This document shows positions 50,706 through 60,712 of a stretch of 64,000 bases of DNA, piece after piece. The stretch covers positions 2,368,001 through 2,432,000 of the forward strand of contig OZ244207.1 in NCBI GenBank assembly GCA_965216875.1. The letters are read 5' to 3'. The notes beneath the pieces are model-generated. The model had not been told where the DNA came from. It saw only the letters and a list, made by a program, of their open reading frames with translations, and ran no database searches. The translations under genes and the position numbers were made by a program. Within the stretch, counting starts at the first letter, position 1. The number at the start of each line of letters is the position of its first letter. Origin of the DNA: Rubripirellula sp. (lineage in GTDB: Bacteria > Planctomycetota > Planctomycetia > Pirellulales > Pirellulaceae).

Positions 50706-51725
50706 ATGCCAAGGATCGTTTTTTCCGCAGCCGCTGAGGCAATCGAAGGGGATCCTACCGTCAAGCAGATCGTTACCGATCCCGATGTGCTTTCGGATTT
50801 ACACGGTCTCTATTCCGATATGGGTTGTGCTTCACAGCTTGATCTTGATGAATTTGAAGGTGTCCAAATCACGGGTGGACGGCTTCGTTTTGCATTTGAT
50901 CGACCGTTGGGTCGTTTACGAATCACCACCGCGTTCGAGCTTTCACGAAAGCTTGATGCATCCGAACAACAGTTGCTGCTACGTCAAACCATTCATCAAT
51001 GGAAAGCGGGCATTGGGACTGGTACGTTTCGCAATCACCATAACGAAGTTCCGTCGCTCGACCATGTGCAATCCATCGTTCGCACCGCGGGCGAACAATC
51101 CGCGAGTTATTGGTCGCACTACGTTGACGCATTCCCGCCGGTTGCGGACCGAGAGGTGCGTATCGAACAGTTCGATCAAGGCTGTGCTGACGACGATCTG
51201 ATCGCGGACCTCGAGCAAGCGGTTGCCAAGGAAGATCCATCCGCGATGTTCGTGCTTGGTCATCGCTACGAACGAGGCGATGGTGTGCCGCAGAGCGACT
51301 TGCATGCGTTTCAGCTCTATCGACGATCGGCGGACATCGGGCACGCGGTGGCCGCGTCATTTGCCGGGACGAGCCTGCTCGAAGGCAAAGGTGTCACGCA
51401 AGATGCCCAAACAGCGATCGAGTACTTTCGGATCGGCGCTGATGGCGGCTTCGCCTTCGCCATGCATAGTCTAGGCGTCTGCTACCTCGATGGCGTCGGT
51501 GTTCCGCAAGATCCCTCTGAAGCGTTTCGATGGTTTTCGCGTGGTGCTGATCTCGGCGATCCGACGTGCATGACCAAGCTCGGCGAATGTTACGAGAAAG
51601 GCATTGGCGTCGAAATCAACCTGCAGTCCGCCATCGAGTGTTATGAAAATGCTCGAGAGGGCGGGGTTGATGCAATGGAAGAGAACATCGACCGCTTGAA
51701 AGAGCTGATCGCAAGCAACGTCTGA
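50706..51725 (+). CDS. Sel1-repeat protein with unknown N-terminal domain
   Basis: Four Sel1-like repeats (AMFVLGHRYERGDGV, LLEGKGV, LGVCYLDGVGV, LGECYEKGIGV). Confidence 0.85.
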   Translation: MPRIVFSAAAEAIEGDPTVKQIVTDPDVLSDLHGLYSDMGCASQLDLDEFEGVQITGGRLRFAFDRPLGRLRITTAFELSRKLDASEQQLLLRQTIHQWKAGIGTGTFRNHHNEVPSLDHVQSIVRTAGEQSASYWSHYVDAFPPVADREVRIEQFDQGCADDDLIADLEQAVAKEDPSAMFVLGHRYERGDGVPQSDLHAFQLYRRSADIGHAVAASFAGTSLLEGKGVTQDAQTAIEYFRIGADGGFAFAMHSLGVCYLDGVGVPQDPSEAFRWFSRGADLGDPTCMTKLGECYEKGIGVEINLQSAIECYENAREGGVDAMEENIDRLKELIASNV

Positions 51726-51764
51726 TTCCAACGTCCGCTTGAGAATCCCGCTGCGTCTGTTTGC

Positions 51765-53216
51765 CTAGGCGATCAGGTCTTTTACAACATGCCCTTCAAC
51801 ATCGGTCAGTCGATACTGCCGTCCCTGAAACCGGAACGTCAGCTTCTCGTGATCGATCCCCAGCAAACGCAACAAGGTCGCGTTGAAGTCGTGAACGTGG
51901 ACCGGGTTTTCCGCAATGGTGTAGCCAAGATCGTCGGTCGCGCCGTAGCTCACGCCCCCTTTGGCGCCACCACCAGCCATCCAAACCGCAAAGGCATCTT
52001 TGTGGTGGTCGCGTCCTGCCTTGGTCTCTTTGCCTTCACTGTTTTGGCCCTGCGCAAAGGGTGTGCGTCCAAACTCTGAGGACCAAACCACAAGGGTCGA
52101 ATCGAGTAACCCTCGTTGCTTGAGATCTTTAATCAGCGCCGCGATCGGTTTGTCGACTTGCTTGGTCTTGCCGGCCAAGCGACTGAAAACGCTTCCGTGC
52201 GTGTCCCATCCCTGATCAAAGAGCTGCACGAACCGAACACCACGCTCAACCAAGCGACGCGCGAGCAGGCAATTATTTGCAAAGCTCGTCTCGCCTGGTT
52301 TTGTGCCATACATCTCATGAATGGCCTTCGGCTCCGATTGAATGTCCATCAATTCCGGAACACTCGTTTGCATTCGGTAGGCCAACTCGTATTGAGCGAT
52401 GCGCGTCGCAATCTCAGGGTCGCCCACATCGGTCAACTGTTGACGATTCATTCGATTGACCGCATCAATGATTCGCCGCCGCGACTGTGCATCAACCCCA
52501 TTAGGGTTTGAGAGGAACAGCACGGGATCCCCCTTACTGCGAAATTCGATGCCTTGATAGACACTCGGCAGGAAACCACTGCCCCAAGCTGGACTTCCGG
52601 CACCAAGGACATTGCCCGTGATCAAAACGACAAATCCGGGCAGGTCCTCGTTTTCACTTCCGAGTCCATAGTTCAGCCATGAGCCAATGCTCGGGCGTCC
52701 GAAGCGCGAGAAACCCGACAACATAAACATTTGCGCCGGACCATGATTGAATTCGTTTGTATGGAGCGACTTTACGATCGCCAAATCGTCGGCAACCGTT
52801 TGCAGATTGGGAAGCAAATTGGATATCTCGAGCCCTGACTCGCCACACCGCTTGAACTGATGTTTCTGATCATTTGGCGTTCCGAGCAAGGTGGGCAAAT
52901 CACGAACAAACGCAAACTTTCCTGATTCAAAAAGATCCTTGGGGCAGGCTTCGCCGTTGCGTTTCTGAAGCACCGGCTTGTGATCAAAGAGGTCAAGGTG
53001 CGAGGGAGCACCGACCATGTGAATGTAAATCACACTCTTTGCTTTGGCAGGGAAGTGCGGCTCTTTGATCGCCAGCGGGCTCTGCCCGCCGGGTCCTTCG
53101 CTCCCCTCGGCATTAAACAATTGCGAGAGCGCAAAGGCTCCCATTCCGAAGCCGGTGCGTTGCAACAACGCCCGCCGCCCGAGAGGTGTCGGCAATAGGT
53201 TCATTCGTGCACTCAC
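51765..53216 (-). CDS. DUF1501 domain protein (Tat signal)
   Basis: [56 protein letters not shown]. Confidence 0.9.
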   Translation of the reverse strand: MSARMNLLPTPLGRRALLQRTGFGMGAFALSQLFNAEGSEGPGGQSPLAIKEPHFPAKAKSVIYIHMVGAPSHLDLFDHKPVLQKRNGEACPKDLFESGKFAFVRDLPTLLGTPNDQKHQFKRCGESGLEISNLLPNLQTVADDLAIVKSLHTNEFNHGPAQMFMLSGFSRFGRPSIGSWLNYGLGSENEDLPGFVVLITGNVLGAGSPAWGSGFLPSVYQGIEFRSKGDPVLFLSNPNGVDAQSRRRIIDAVNRMNRQQLTDVGDPEIATRIAQYELAYRMQTSVPELMDIQSEPKAIHEMYGTKPGETSFANNCLLARRLVERGVRFVQLFDQGWDTHGSVFSRLAGKTKQVDKPIAALIKDLKQRGLLDSTLVVWSSEFGRTPFAQGQNSEGKETKAGRDHHKDAFAVWMAGGGAKGGVSYGATDDLGYTIAENPVHVHDFNATLLRLLGIDHEKLTFRFQGRQYRLTDVEGHVVKDLIA

Positions 53217-53226
53217 TTGCGGGGGA

Positions 53227-56200
53227 TCATTGAGTCATGGTTTCGTCGAGGTTCAAGAGCGTATTTGCGACGGCAAACCAGGCCGCAAGCTCCGCTCGAT
53301 CCTTCGCATTCAACGCGACGCCCTTGTATTGAAGCTTCGTTCTTTCAGCCACCAACTTGGGATTCGAGGCGATCCGCTCACGTTCATCACGCAATAGGTC
53401 GGTAAAGACACTGACTTCGAAACTGGTGGCCGGCCGCGAAAGCGCAAGTTTCAGGCCGTAACGCACCCTTCCTTCATCGGTCTTGTCATCGGCCTGCGTC
53501 AGAATCCGATCCGCCGTCGCGAGCGCGATCTCGACATAGGCTGGATCGTTCAACAGCGTCAGCGCCTGCATCGGCGTGTTCGAGCGGCCCCGCTGAACGG
53601 TGCAACTGCCGCGATCAGGAGCATCAAAGTTAATAAAACTCGGATAGGGAGCTGCGCGTTTGAAAACGACATAGACGCCACGGCGAAACCGATTTTCATC
53701 CTGCGCGACCACCCATTTCGGCTGGTTGCGTCCAACGCTGCGCCACAGATTGTCCGGCTGATGCGGCATGATCGGTCGCCCATGCATCTTCGTGGAAAGT
53801 AGCCCGCTTACCGCTAAAGCGTTGTCACGAATCGCCTCGGCTGACAATCGAAACCTTGGTCCACGCGCCAAGTACCGATTCGACGGGTCTTTACGCCATT
53901 GTTCGCGGGGCGCAGTTGACGATTGCGCAAAGGTCTCGGACATCACCATCAACTTAATGACGTGTTTCATCGACCAACCCGAATCGATCAACTCCATTGC
54001 CAGCCAATCAAGCAAAAGCGGATGGCTGGGCGACTCTGCCTGCGTGCCAAAGTCTTCAGGCGTCGAGACGAGCCCCGCGCCAAAGATCTCGGCCCACCAA
54101 CGATTCACGGTCACTCGCGCCGTCAGCGGATTGTTCCGAGACACGATCCATCGCGCCAACTCCATCCGATCACCCGTGGCGTTGCCAGATTCCAATTGAG
54201 GAAGGGATGCTGGAGTCCCCGCTTTCACCTGCTTGCCATGGTTTTCATAGTCACCACGAATCAACACGAACGTGTCACGCGGCTTCTCCATTTCCATCAT
54301 CACCAACGTTGTGTCGGGACGGGTTTTGGCAATCTCCTTCTCTAACCCGGCGATGTTCTGATCGAGCTTTCGCAAGCTGGGGTTCGCTTTGTCAAACACC
54401 TCGCGGAGGCGTTGCTTGTCCTTCTTGGAGGGCTTCTTCTTTGCCGCGAGCTTTTTGACTTCATCGGTTGCGAGCAAGAGTTGCGGATCACCTGCAAAGA
54501 CCGAAACGCGAGGCTTCCCAATCACCCGTCCTCGGCCATAGAACTGGCCGAGCGTCACCTTCACTTGATCGCCCGGTTGCAGGGTAAGCTTCTCGGCAAG
54601 TTGAAACTGAGCCCAATGCGGTTGCCCAAACTTGGGTGCGATTGCCCAGCCCGTCTTTCGATTTCCGTCGATCGCGTTAGCTACAGGCCATCCCGTCTGC
54701 GAAAAATCGGCATCCGCATTCGTCAACTCAAGTTCCGTTGTCTCCTTCCCACGCACTAATTGTGCGGTCACTTCACTCAAGATGATGTTCGTGCGTTTGG
54801 CATCACCACGTCCGGGACCCTTTCCTGGAATCCGATCATCGGTCAACGCATCGATCCGAATTGCCGTGAGCACCTCGCTCTCGACTTGAAGCGTGAAGGT
54901 GTGCTCGACAGTGTCGGGGACGCTGCCGGTGAGCAGCACCGCGCCATCATCAAGGATCTCGTAGGTCTCGCCGCCAGAGGTTGCGAACGATTCTGGGACA
55001 ACGCTGCGCCACTCGATCTCTTTCTCCACCGACTGCTTGACCATCTCAAGCCAACCAGCGAACTCTTCATCACTCGCGGAACTGAGTTCGCCACGTTGCT
55101 TCTTCAGCGCGGCAATCTCCTGCTCGAGTTTCTCTAATCGCATGGTGATCGCCTCAGGTTGAGGCAAGTCCATTTTCGGACCGTAAAAATCCCATGTCAC
55201 GCCCGATGTGTTTTTGACTTCAAGCGGCGTGTTATTGAAGTAGGCAAAAAGCTGGTAGTAGTCTTCTTGCGTGAACGGATCGTACTTGTGATCGTGGCAC
55301 TGGGCGCATTCCATCGTGGTGCCAAGAAACGCGGTCGCCGTCGTGTTCACACGATCAACGATCTGGTCGGTTCGGTTCGCTTCGGGATGGACTCCCGCTT
55401 CGACGTTGCATGTCGTCATCCGATGGAAACCGGTCGCCACCCGCTGTGCGCTGGTCGCATTTGGATGCAGGTCACCTGCGATTTGATCGATCACAAATTG
55501 ATCAAATGGCATGTTTTGATTTAACGCGTCAATGACCCAGTCTCGATACGCCCAGTTGTCTCGAAACTGGTCGGCTTGAAAGCCATTGCTATCTGCATAG
55601 CGAGCCAAGTCGAGCCACGGCACCGCCCATCGCTCGCCAAACCGAGGCGAATGCAACAGGCGATCGACGACTTTCTCGTAAGCATCGTCCGATTCGTCTG
55701 AAACGAACGCGTCGACCTCTTCGGGAGTCGGCGGCAACCCAATCACCGCGAGCGAGACGCGGCGCAACAATCGGGCACGATCGAGTCTTGCCGATGGCGA
55801 CAGGCCACGCCGCTTCATTCGAGCAAGAACGAAAGCGTCGATCGCGTGACGTTTCGAGCCCCCGACTTCGGACGCGTTGACTTCAGGCACGTCAGGTCGT
55901 GCAACCGGTTGGTAGGCCCAGTGCTTTGAATCGGCGTATTGATCGGGCCATTCCGCGCCAGCGTCGATCCAACGCCTTAGTGTTTTGACCTCGTTTGCCG
56001 AGAGTGGCTTTCCATCAATCGGCATGACATCGCCAAGCTCATCGCTGACGATTCGTTTGATCAACAGACTTGCGTCCGAATCTCCCGGCACAATGATCGG
56101 CTCTGCGGAGTCGGCTTCCCCCATTGCTGCTGAGCGCGCGTTCAGCTGCAGACTCGCCTCCTGCGTTTTCCCGCCATGACATCGAAAACAGTGCCTTCGC

Positions 56201-56481
56201 AAGATAGGCTGCACGTCTTCGCCGAAATCAATCACTTCGGCCGCCGCAGCGGATTCATCGGCAAGCGTGTTCGTCTGCACGAGGCCGCAACCGATCACAA
56301 CTGCGCTAAGAACGAAGGAATTGAATCGCGACGGTGAAACGCATTGGAACGAAGAGCCGAAAATCAGCTTGGGCCAAGCGTGAGAGTTCAAACGCATAGC
56401 GTGGTGGCTTTGGGTGGGACATTTGAGGTGGGAGCGTCCCATTGTAGCCCGAACCGCAGCGTGAGTGCGCTGGCAATCCAA
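53227..56481 (-). CDS. Planctomycete cytochrome c / DUF1549 / DUF1553 protein
   Basis: [51 protein letters not shown]; real start likely about 56397 or downstream. Confidence 0.9.
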   Translation of the reverse strand: MDCQRTHAAVRATMGRSHLKCPTQSHHAMRLNSHAWPKLIFGSSFQCVSPSRFNSFVLSAVVIGCGLVQTNTLADESAAAAEVIDFGEDVQPILRRHCFRCHGGKTQEASLQLNARSAAMGEADSAEPIIVPGDSDASLLIKRIVSDELGDVMPIDGKPLSANEVKTLRRWIDAGAEWPDQYADSKHWAYQPVARPDVPEVNASEVGGSKRHAIDAFVLARMKRRGLSPSARLDRARLLRRVSLAVIGLPPTPEEVDAFVSDESDDAYEKVVDRLLHSPRFGERWAVPWLDLARYADSNGFQADQFRDNWAYRDWVIDALNQNMPFDQFVIDQIAGDLHPNATSAQRVATGFHRMTTCNVEAGVHPEANRTDQIVDRVNTTATAFLGTTMECAQCHDHKYDPFTQEDYYQLFAYFNNTPLEVKNTSGVTWDFYGPKMDLPQPEAITMRLEKLEQEIAALKKQRGELSSASDEEFAGWLEMVKQSVEKEIEWRSVVPESFATSGGETYEILDDGAVLLTGSVPDTVEHTFTLQVESEVLTAIRIDALTDDRIPGKGPGRGDAKRTNIILSEVTAQLVRGKETTELELTNADADFSQTGWPVANAIDGNRKTGWAIAPKFGQPHWAQFQLAEKLTLQPGDQVKVTLGQFYGRGRVIGKPRVSVFAGDPQLLLATDEVKKLAAKKKPSKKDKQRLREVFDKANPSLRKLDQNIAGLEKEIAKTRPDTTLVMMEMEKPRDTFVLIRGDYENHGKQVKAGTPASLPQLESGNATGDRMELARWIVSRNNPLTARVTVNRWWAEIFGAGLVSTPEDFGTQAESPSHPLLLDWLAMELIDSGWSMKHVIKLMVMSETFAQSSTAPREQWRKDPSNRYLARGPRFRLSAEAIRDNALAVSGLLSTKMHGRPIMPHQPDNLWRSVGRNQPKWVVAQDENRFRRGVYVVFKRAAPYPSFINFDAPDRGSCTVQRGRSNTPMQALTLLNDPAYVEIALATADRILTQADDKTDEGRVRYGLKLALSRPATSFEVSVFTDLLRDERERIASNPKLVAERTKLQYKGVALNAKDRAELAAWFAVANTLLNLDETMTQ

Positions 56482-56501
56482 CCTCAGCGGTCATGTCGCG
56501 A

Positions 56502-57920
56502 CTAGAAGCTGAATTGAATCTGTGAACGGACCAGCCAGCCTCGATTGCCGGGCGTGATATCGAGCGAGGATGAGTTGATCGGCGCCCCATCGAGGTAGGT
56601 CAGGTCAACGACGGCCTTGGCATGGTTTTCGCGGAAATACAACGCGAGAGCACCAGAAACTTCTTCCGAGCTTTGGTCCGCCACACCGAGCGTTCCCGAG
56701 TTCCCTTGAACGCGCGACCATCGCACGAGTGCCTGGAGTCGATGCGGCACCACGAAACAACCAAGCTGAAACCAGAACCCGTGGTCAAAAAGATCAGGCA
56801 CATTCGCGCCCTGGAAATCAGCGACCGAACGGAAGTAGTGTTCCAGAGTCGCGCTCCAGCCTCGATACTTGAACGACGTGTCGACCGAATAGAGTGCAAC
56901 TTGGTACCGGCGGACGCTCCCTGGCAACAACCCAGACAACGTTGCTCCCGAATCGACGACGCGGATGGTATTGAACTCGGTTGTCCCTGTGCGATCGATT
57001 TCACTGAATGCGAATCCGAAACCGACCCGCATCGCCAATTTGCGATGCCACTGGAAGTCAGCGATTTCACCGTGGCCCCACTCGCCAATCGGAACCGCGT
57101 ACATGCGTCCCGAGAGCGCGAAGTTATCATCCAACGTTCCACTACTTCCCGTTTCGGCACCGCCCGTCACCAGCCCGTTGAAGAGTGCCGTCTCCCAGAC
57201 GATCGGTTTGCGGAACCAGTCCGTCTCGCCGTAGAGTCCCCATGCAAAGCTACGGTTGACGTCAAAGAACATGCTCGAGACGGAACGGTCACTGAATTCG
57301 AATTCTCGACCGGACATCCAACGTGCCATCGTAAACGGCATCTTGTACTTTCCGGTGCGAAACGAAATCGTGTGCGGTTCGAGCCCCAGACGCGCGTGAC
57401 CGAAATCGTAGTTGAGGTAGTAGTCGAGCAGCCGGACGTCATCGCCGCTGCTGCTTCGTCCGTCCAACTGGATGAAGTATGAGAAGTCGGGTGTGAAAGC
57501 CGAACCCGAAAAAACGAGACGACCACGTTTGAGTTGAAACTGATTGAGGTCGCGACTTGGCGGGCTGTAGTCGGTGATCGTGTGGCGCAGTTGTCCCCAA
57601 CCGTTTAGGCGAATACGAAAAGGCAACCGCCCCGCGTTGAGATCGAGCTCCCGATCACTCGCAATGAGGAAACCATTGTCGTATCCAACACGAACGTGAC
57701 TGAGCCATTCCATCGGGTCATGCAAGCCCGTGTCCGATCGGCACGGTTGCTGACAGGGCAAAGCGCCGTCGCAAGAGAACGCATCACAATCGGGATGCCA
57801 AAGCCCGCTGTCGATCATCCCGCCCGTCTCGCTGGCGACGCCGCCAGTCGGGATGGCAATGAACGCCATCAAGAGCAGAATAACGAGCTTGAGCAGGACA
57901 ACACGCACGATGAAGACCAA
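56502..57920 (-). CDS. Outer-membrane porin (phosphate-selective OprO/OprP-like)
   Basis: Signal peptide, GWGQLR, FQLKRGRL.FSG, GKYKMPF, C-terminal QIQFSF. Confidence 0.7.
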   Translation of the reverse strand: MVFIVRVVLLKLVILLLMAFIAIPTGGVASETGGMIDSGLWHPDCDAFSCDGALPCQQPCRSDTGLHDPMEWLSHVRVGYDNGFLIASDRELDLNAGRLPFRIRLNGWGQLRHTITDYSPPSRDLNQFQLKRGRLVFSGSAFTPDFSYFIQLDGRSSSGDDVRLLDYYLNYDFGHARLGLEPHTISFRTGKYKMPFTMARWMSGREFEFSDRSVSSMFFDVNRSFAWGLYGETDWFRKPIVWETALFNGLVTGGAETGSSGTLDDNFALSGRMYAVPIGEWGHGEIADFQWHRKLAMRVGFGFAFSEIDRTGTTEFNTIRVVDSGATLSGLLPGSVRRYQVALYSVDTSFKYRGWSATLEHYFRSVADFQGANVPDLFDHGFWFQLGCFVVPHRLQALVRWSRVQGNSGTLGVADQSSEEVSGALALYFRENHAKAVVDLTYLDGAPINSSSLDITPGNRGWLVRSQIQFSF

Positions 57921-58261
57921 CCGTCAATGCGAAACGAAACCGATGTCTGCTAGATCGGCCACAATCGATACAACCCCGTAGCCGAACGGTCGTGAGAGGG
58001 CTGTTCCACACGCGGCAGAGACGACTGTGCCGGTTATGCCGATTCTCTCGTGATTGCAGACGGATCAAACAGTTTGTGACGCCTCGTCGGGGTTACGCGG
58101 TTGTGAGACCGCTAGGGATCGCGCGGCGCGGAATCCAACGAAATCTGCGTATCGATGCAGTTGACTCTAACGATTAGCCTGCGTTTTCCGATTTCCGTCT
58201 GTAGGGCTGCCAACAGGAGGTTGGCGGTTTGGTCGCGCGTTCGGCAAAGGAGTGCCACAAC

Positions 58262-59509
58262 ATGTCTATCGTTCAGCGTTTTGCGTTTGGCTTGGTCCTG
58301 CTAACCGGCCTCAGTATTGGTTCGGTGGCCAACGGCCAAGCCTTCGGCGTGCTCCTTCAAGGCAACCTGAACCCTGCGGCCGGCGGAATGGGAGGTGTGG
58401 GAATCGCAAACCCACAAGACGTGCAATCTGCGTTGGCACTTAACCCCGCAACGCTCTCCCAGAAAAAGGGCACTCAGTTCTCGTTCAGCGGATCGTGGGT
58501 TGAACCAACGATCAACATGGACAATGACGCGACGATCGGCCCGGCAAGTATCAGCCCGTTTGATTCCAAGTCACGCCGCCCGGGATCGATCGTTGGCAAT
58601 ATCGCCGTTTCACAAGACTTTACTGCGTTGGGATATCGAGCCACCGCGGGCATGGGGCTTTTGACCGCCTCGGGCCTTGGCGTGAACTACCGTGATGTGG
58701 GCGCCAGCAACGGGACAACCGCCGAGCTTGTCGCCCTGGCCACCGCAATGGGAGTCGGGGTGGAGGTGACCGACCGACTATCGATCGGTGCTCTCCTTTC
58801 GGTCGCCACGACAAGCATGGACGGAATCTTCACGGCAGTCGCAGCGTCGACTCCGGATTACAACCTGCGTGGCTCCTTCGGAATCACCTACGAACTCTTT
58901 GACGCAACCACGATTGGGGCCTTCTGGCAAACCGAACAAAAGCACACCTTCGATGACTTCGTTCGCTTTGGTCCGCCGGGGTCCGCATTCCAGGATTTGA
59001 GCATCTCGTTTCCCAACGTTTACGGCGTCGGTATCGCAGACCAAAGCCTGATGGACGGTCGCTTGCTGCTCGGCATCGACTTCACCTACATCGATTGGTC
59101 TTCAACCGACTTCTTCGGTGCGATTTGGAAAGACCAAACCGCACTCCAACTCGGAGCTCAATTTGACCTTTGCCGAGGTATTCGGCTGCGTGCTGGCTAC
59201 GCCTACGTCGACGATGCGTCGCGCAACGTCGTGGCGCCAACGATTGGCGGCATCACACCCCAGGCAGGCGTCGATTACATCCAAGCACTCTTCCCCAACT
59301 CGAACGAGCATCGCATCAGCGGCGGGATCGGCGTCAAAGATCTACTGCCTGGCGTCGATGTTGACCTGTTCGCAGGCGGCATGTTCAACGACTCGCACGA
59401 CTTTGGCCAATCAACTGTCTCGGTCGCAAGTTACTGGGTCGGCTTCGGAACCACTTGGCGTTTTGGTCGCGGCGGTTGCGGTTGCTTGCGAGTCCCCAAT
59501 CAGTTCTAG
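58262..59509 (+). CDS. OmpP1/FadL family outer-membrane protein
   Basis: Signal peptide; AGGMGGVGIA.PQD...NPATL plug motif, LRAGYAY. Confidence 0.75.
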   Translation: MSIVQRFAFGLVLLTGLSIGSVANGQAFGVLLQGNLNPAAGGMGGVGIANPQDVQSALALNPATLSQKKGTQFSFSGSWVEPTINMDNDATIGPASISPFDSKSRRPGSIVGNIAVSQDFTALGYRATAGMGLLTASGLGVNYRDVGASNGTTAELVALATAMGVGVEVTDRLSIGALLSVATTSMDGIFTAVAASTPDYNLRGSFGITYELFDATTIGAFWQTEQKHTFDDFVRFGPPGSAFQDLSISFPNVYGVGIADQSLMDGRLLLGIDFTYIDWSSTDFFGAIWKDQTALQLGAQFDLCRGIRLRAGYAYVDDASRNVVAPTIGGITPQAGVDYIQALFPNSNEHRISGGIGVKDLLPGVDVDLFAGGMFNDSHDFGQSTVSVASYWVGFGTTWRFGRGGCGCLRVPNQF

Positions 59510-59596
59510 AAAAGACGGGCAATTCCTAGACCGGCGGAATGTCCACCAGAAAACCACAAGCTGGTTCCGTAAACCGCATCCCAAGAGTTATCGAAC

Positions 59597-60505
59597 ATGT
59601 CCAATCGGCTTGGCAACCTTTGCTGGGGAATGATCGCTCTGACAAGCCTCCTCGCGACGAATTCGGCGGCGGCTGATCCGTGCTGCCGGTGCGAACACGA
59701 CAGATTCGAACTGAAGTTCCTTGATGATCTGCACCGAATTGGACGTCCCTGTCCCCAGCGCAACCCGTACGAAGAACGTATCGAAACCGAACGTCACGAC
59801 TTCACACAGTCGACCAAGACGGTTGGGCGCGGCGTAGTGCAAATTGAATCGGGATACAGCTACTTCTACAAAGACAACGATGAAATTGAGGGCTCGCACA
59901 CGATGCCCGAAACCTTGTTGCGAATTGGCTTGAGCGACGACATCGAATTTCGATTGCGTTACACGTATGTCTGGAAGTTCATCAAGGAGTTTGAAGACGA
60001 AGAAGGATCGCAAGACCTGATTTGGAGCTTCAAACTAGGCATGACTGAGGAATGCGGGCTGATCCCCGAAAGCGCCCTTGAGCTTCGCTTTACGGCGCCG
60101 ACCGGTGGCGGTGCCTTTTCGTCGCGCCGCGTCGATCACGGACTCGACTACATCTATGCCTGGGAACTCGCTGAAGGTTGGGAGCTCTACGGTTCGACCG
60201 GCTATAGCACCGGCGGACTTGGTGACGTCGCGTTGTTGCCAGAGGAACCGGCCGATGACTGGTTCGTCGCCTGGAGTCAGTCGGTGGCGCTCGGAACAGA
60301 ATTGACCGAGAACATGACGATGTACAACGAGGTCTTCGCCCTGTTCTCACACGCACTTGAAGACAACTTTTCCATCGCCATCTACAACATCGGAATCGAC
60401 TATTACATCACCAACGATTTTGTGCTCGACTTCCGAGCCGGAGTCGGCCTCACGTCCGATTCCGACGATTTCTTTTCGGGAATCGGTGGCGGCTACCGTT
60501 TCTAA
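59597..60505 (+). CDS. Outer-membrane beta-barrel, putative MetA-pathway/phenol-degradation-like transporter family
   Basis: IETERHDFTQS..TVGRG..QIESGY, PE.LLRIGL, C-terminal GGGYRF. Confidence 0.7.
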   Translation: MSNRLGNLCWGMIALTSLLATNSAAADPCCRCEHDRFELKFLDDLHRIGRPCPQRNPYEERIETERHDFTQSTKTVGRGVVQIESGYSYFYKDNDEIEGSHTMPETLLRIGLSDDIEFRLRYTYVWKFIKEFEDEEGSQDLIWSFKLGMTEECGLIPESALELRFTAPTGGGAFSSRRVDHGLDYIYAWELAEGWELYGSTGYSTGGLGDVALLPEEPADDWFVAWSQSVALGTELTENMTMYNEVFALFSHALEDNFSIAIYNIGIDYYITNDFVLDFRAGVGLTSDSDDFFSGIGGGYRF

Positions 60506-60533
60506 GGCGTGGTGCCGTGCTTGCCGGCAATCC

Positions 60534-60637
60534 CCCTCCCGCTAGCGGGAGGGTCGGACGCAAAGTCCGGGGAGGGAGCGGTCTATTCAAACCCTCTCCG
60601 GGCCTTAGAGCCCGACTCTCCCAAGGGAGAGTGTTTG
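60534..60637 (+). repeat. Palindromic repeat family C, copy 2
   Basis: Similar to 42565-42673; lies between convergent genes. Confidence 0.85.
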
Positions 60638-60712
60638 TTGATTGCGCAGTGTAGAAGCCCATTGAAAGCTCAATTGCATCCTCTAGCACTCGTCAAACTG
60701 AGTCTTGCCGCT

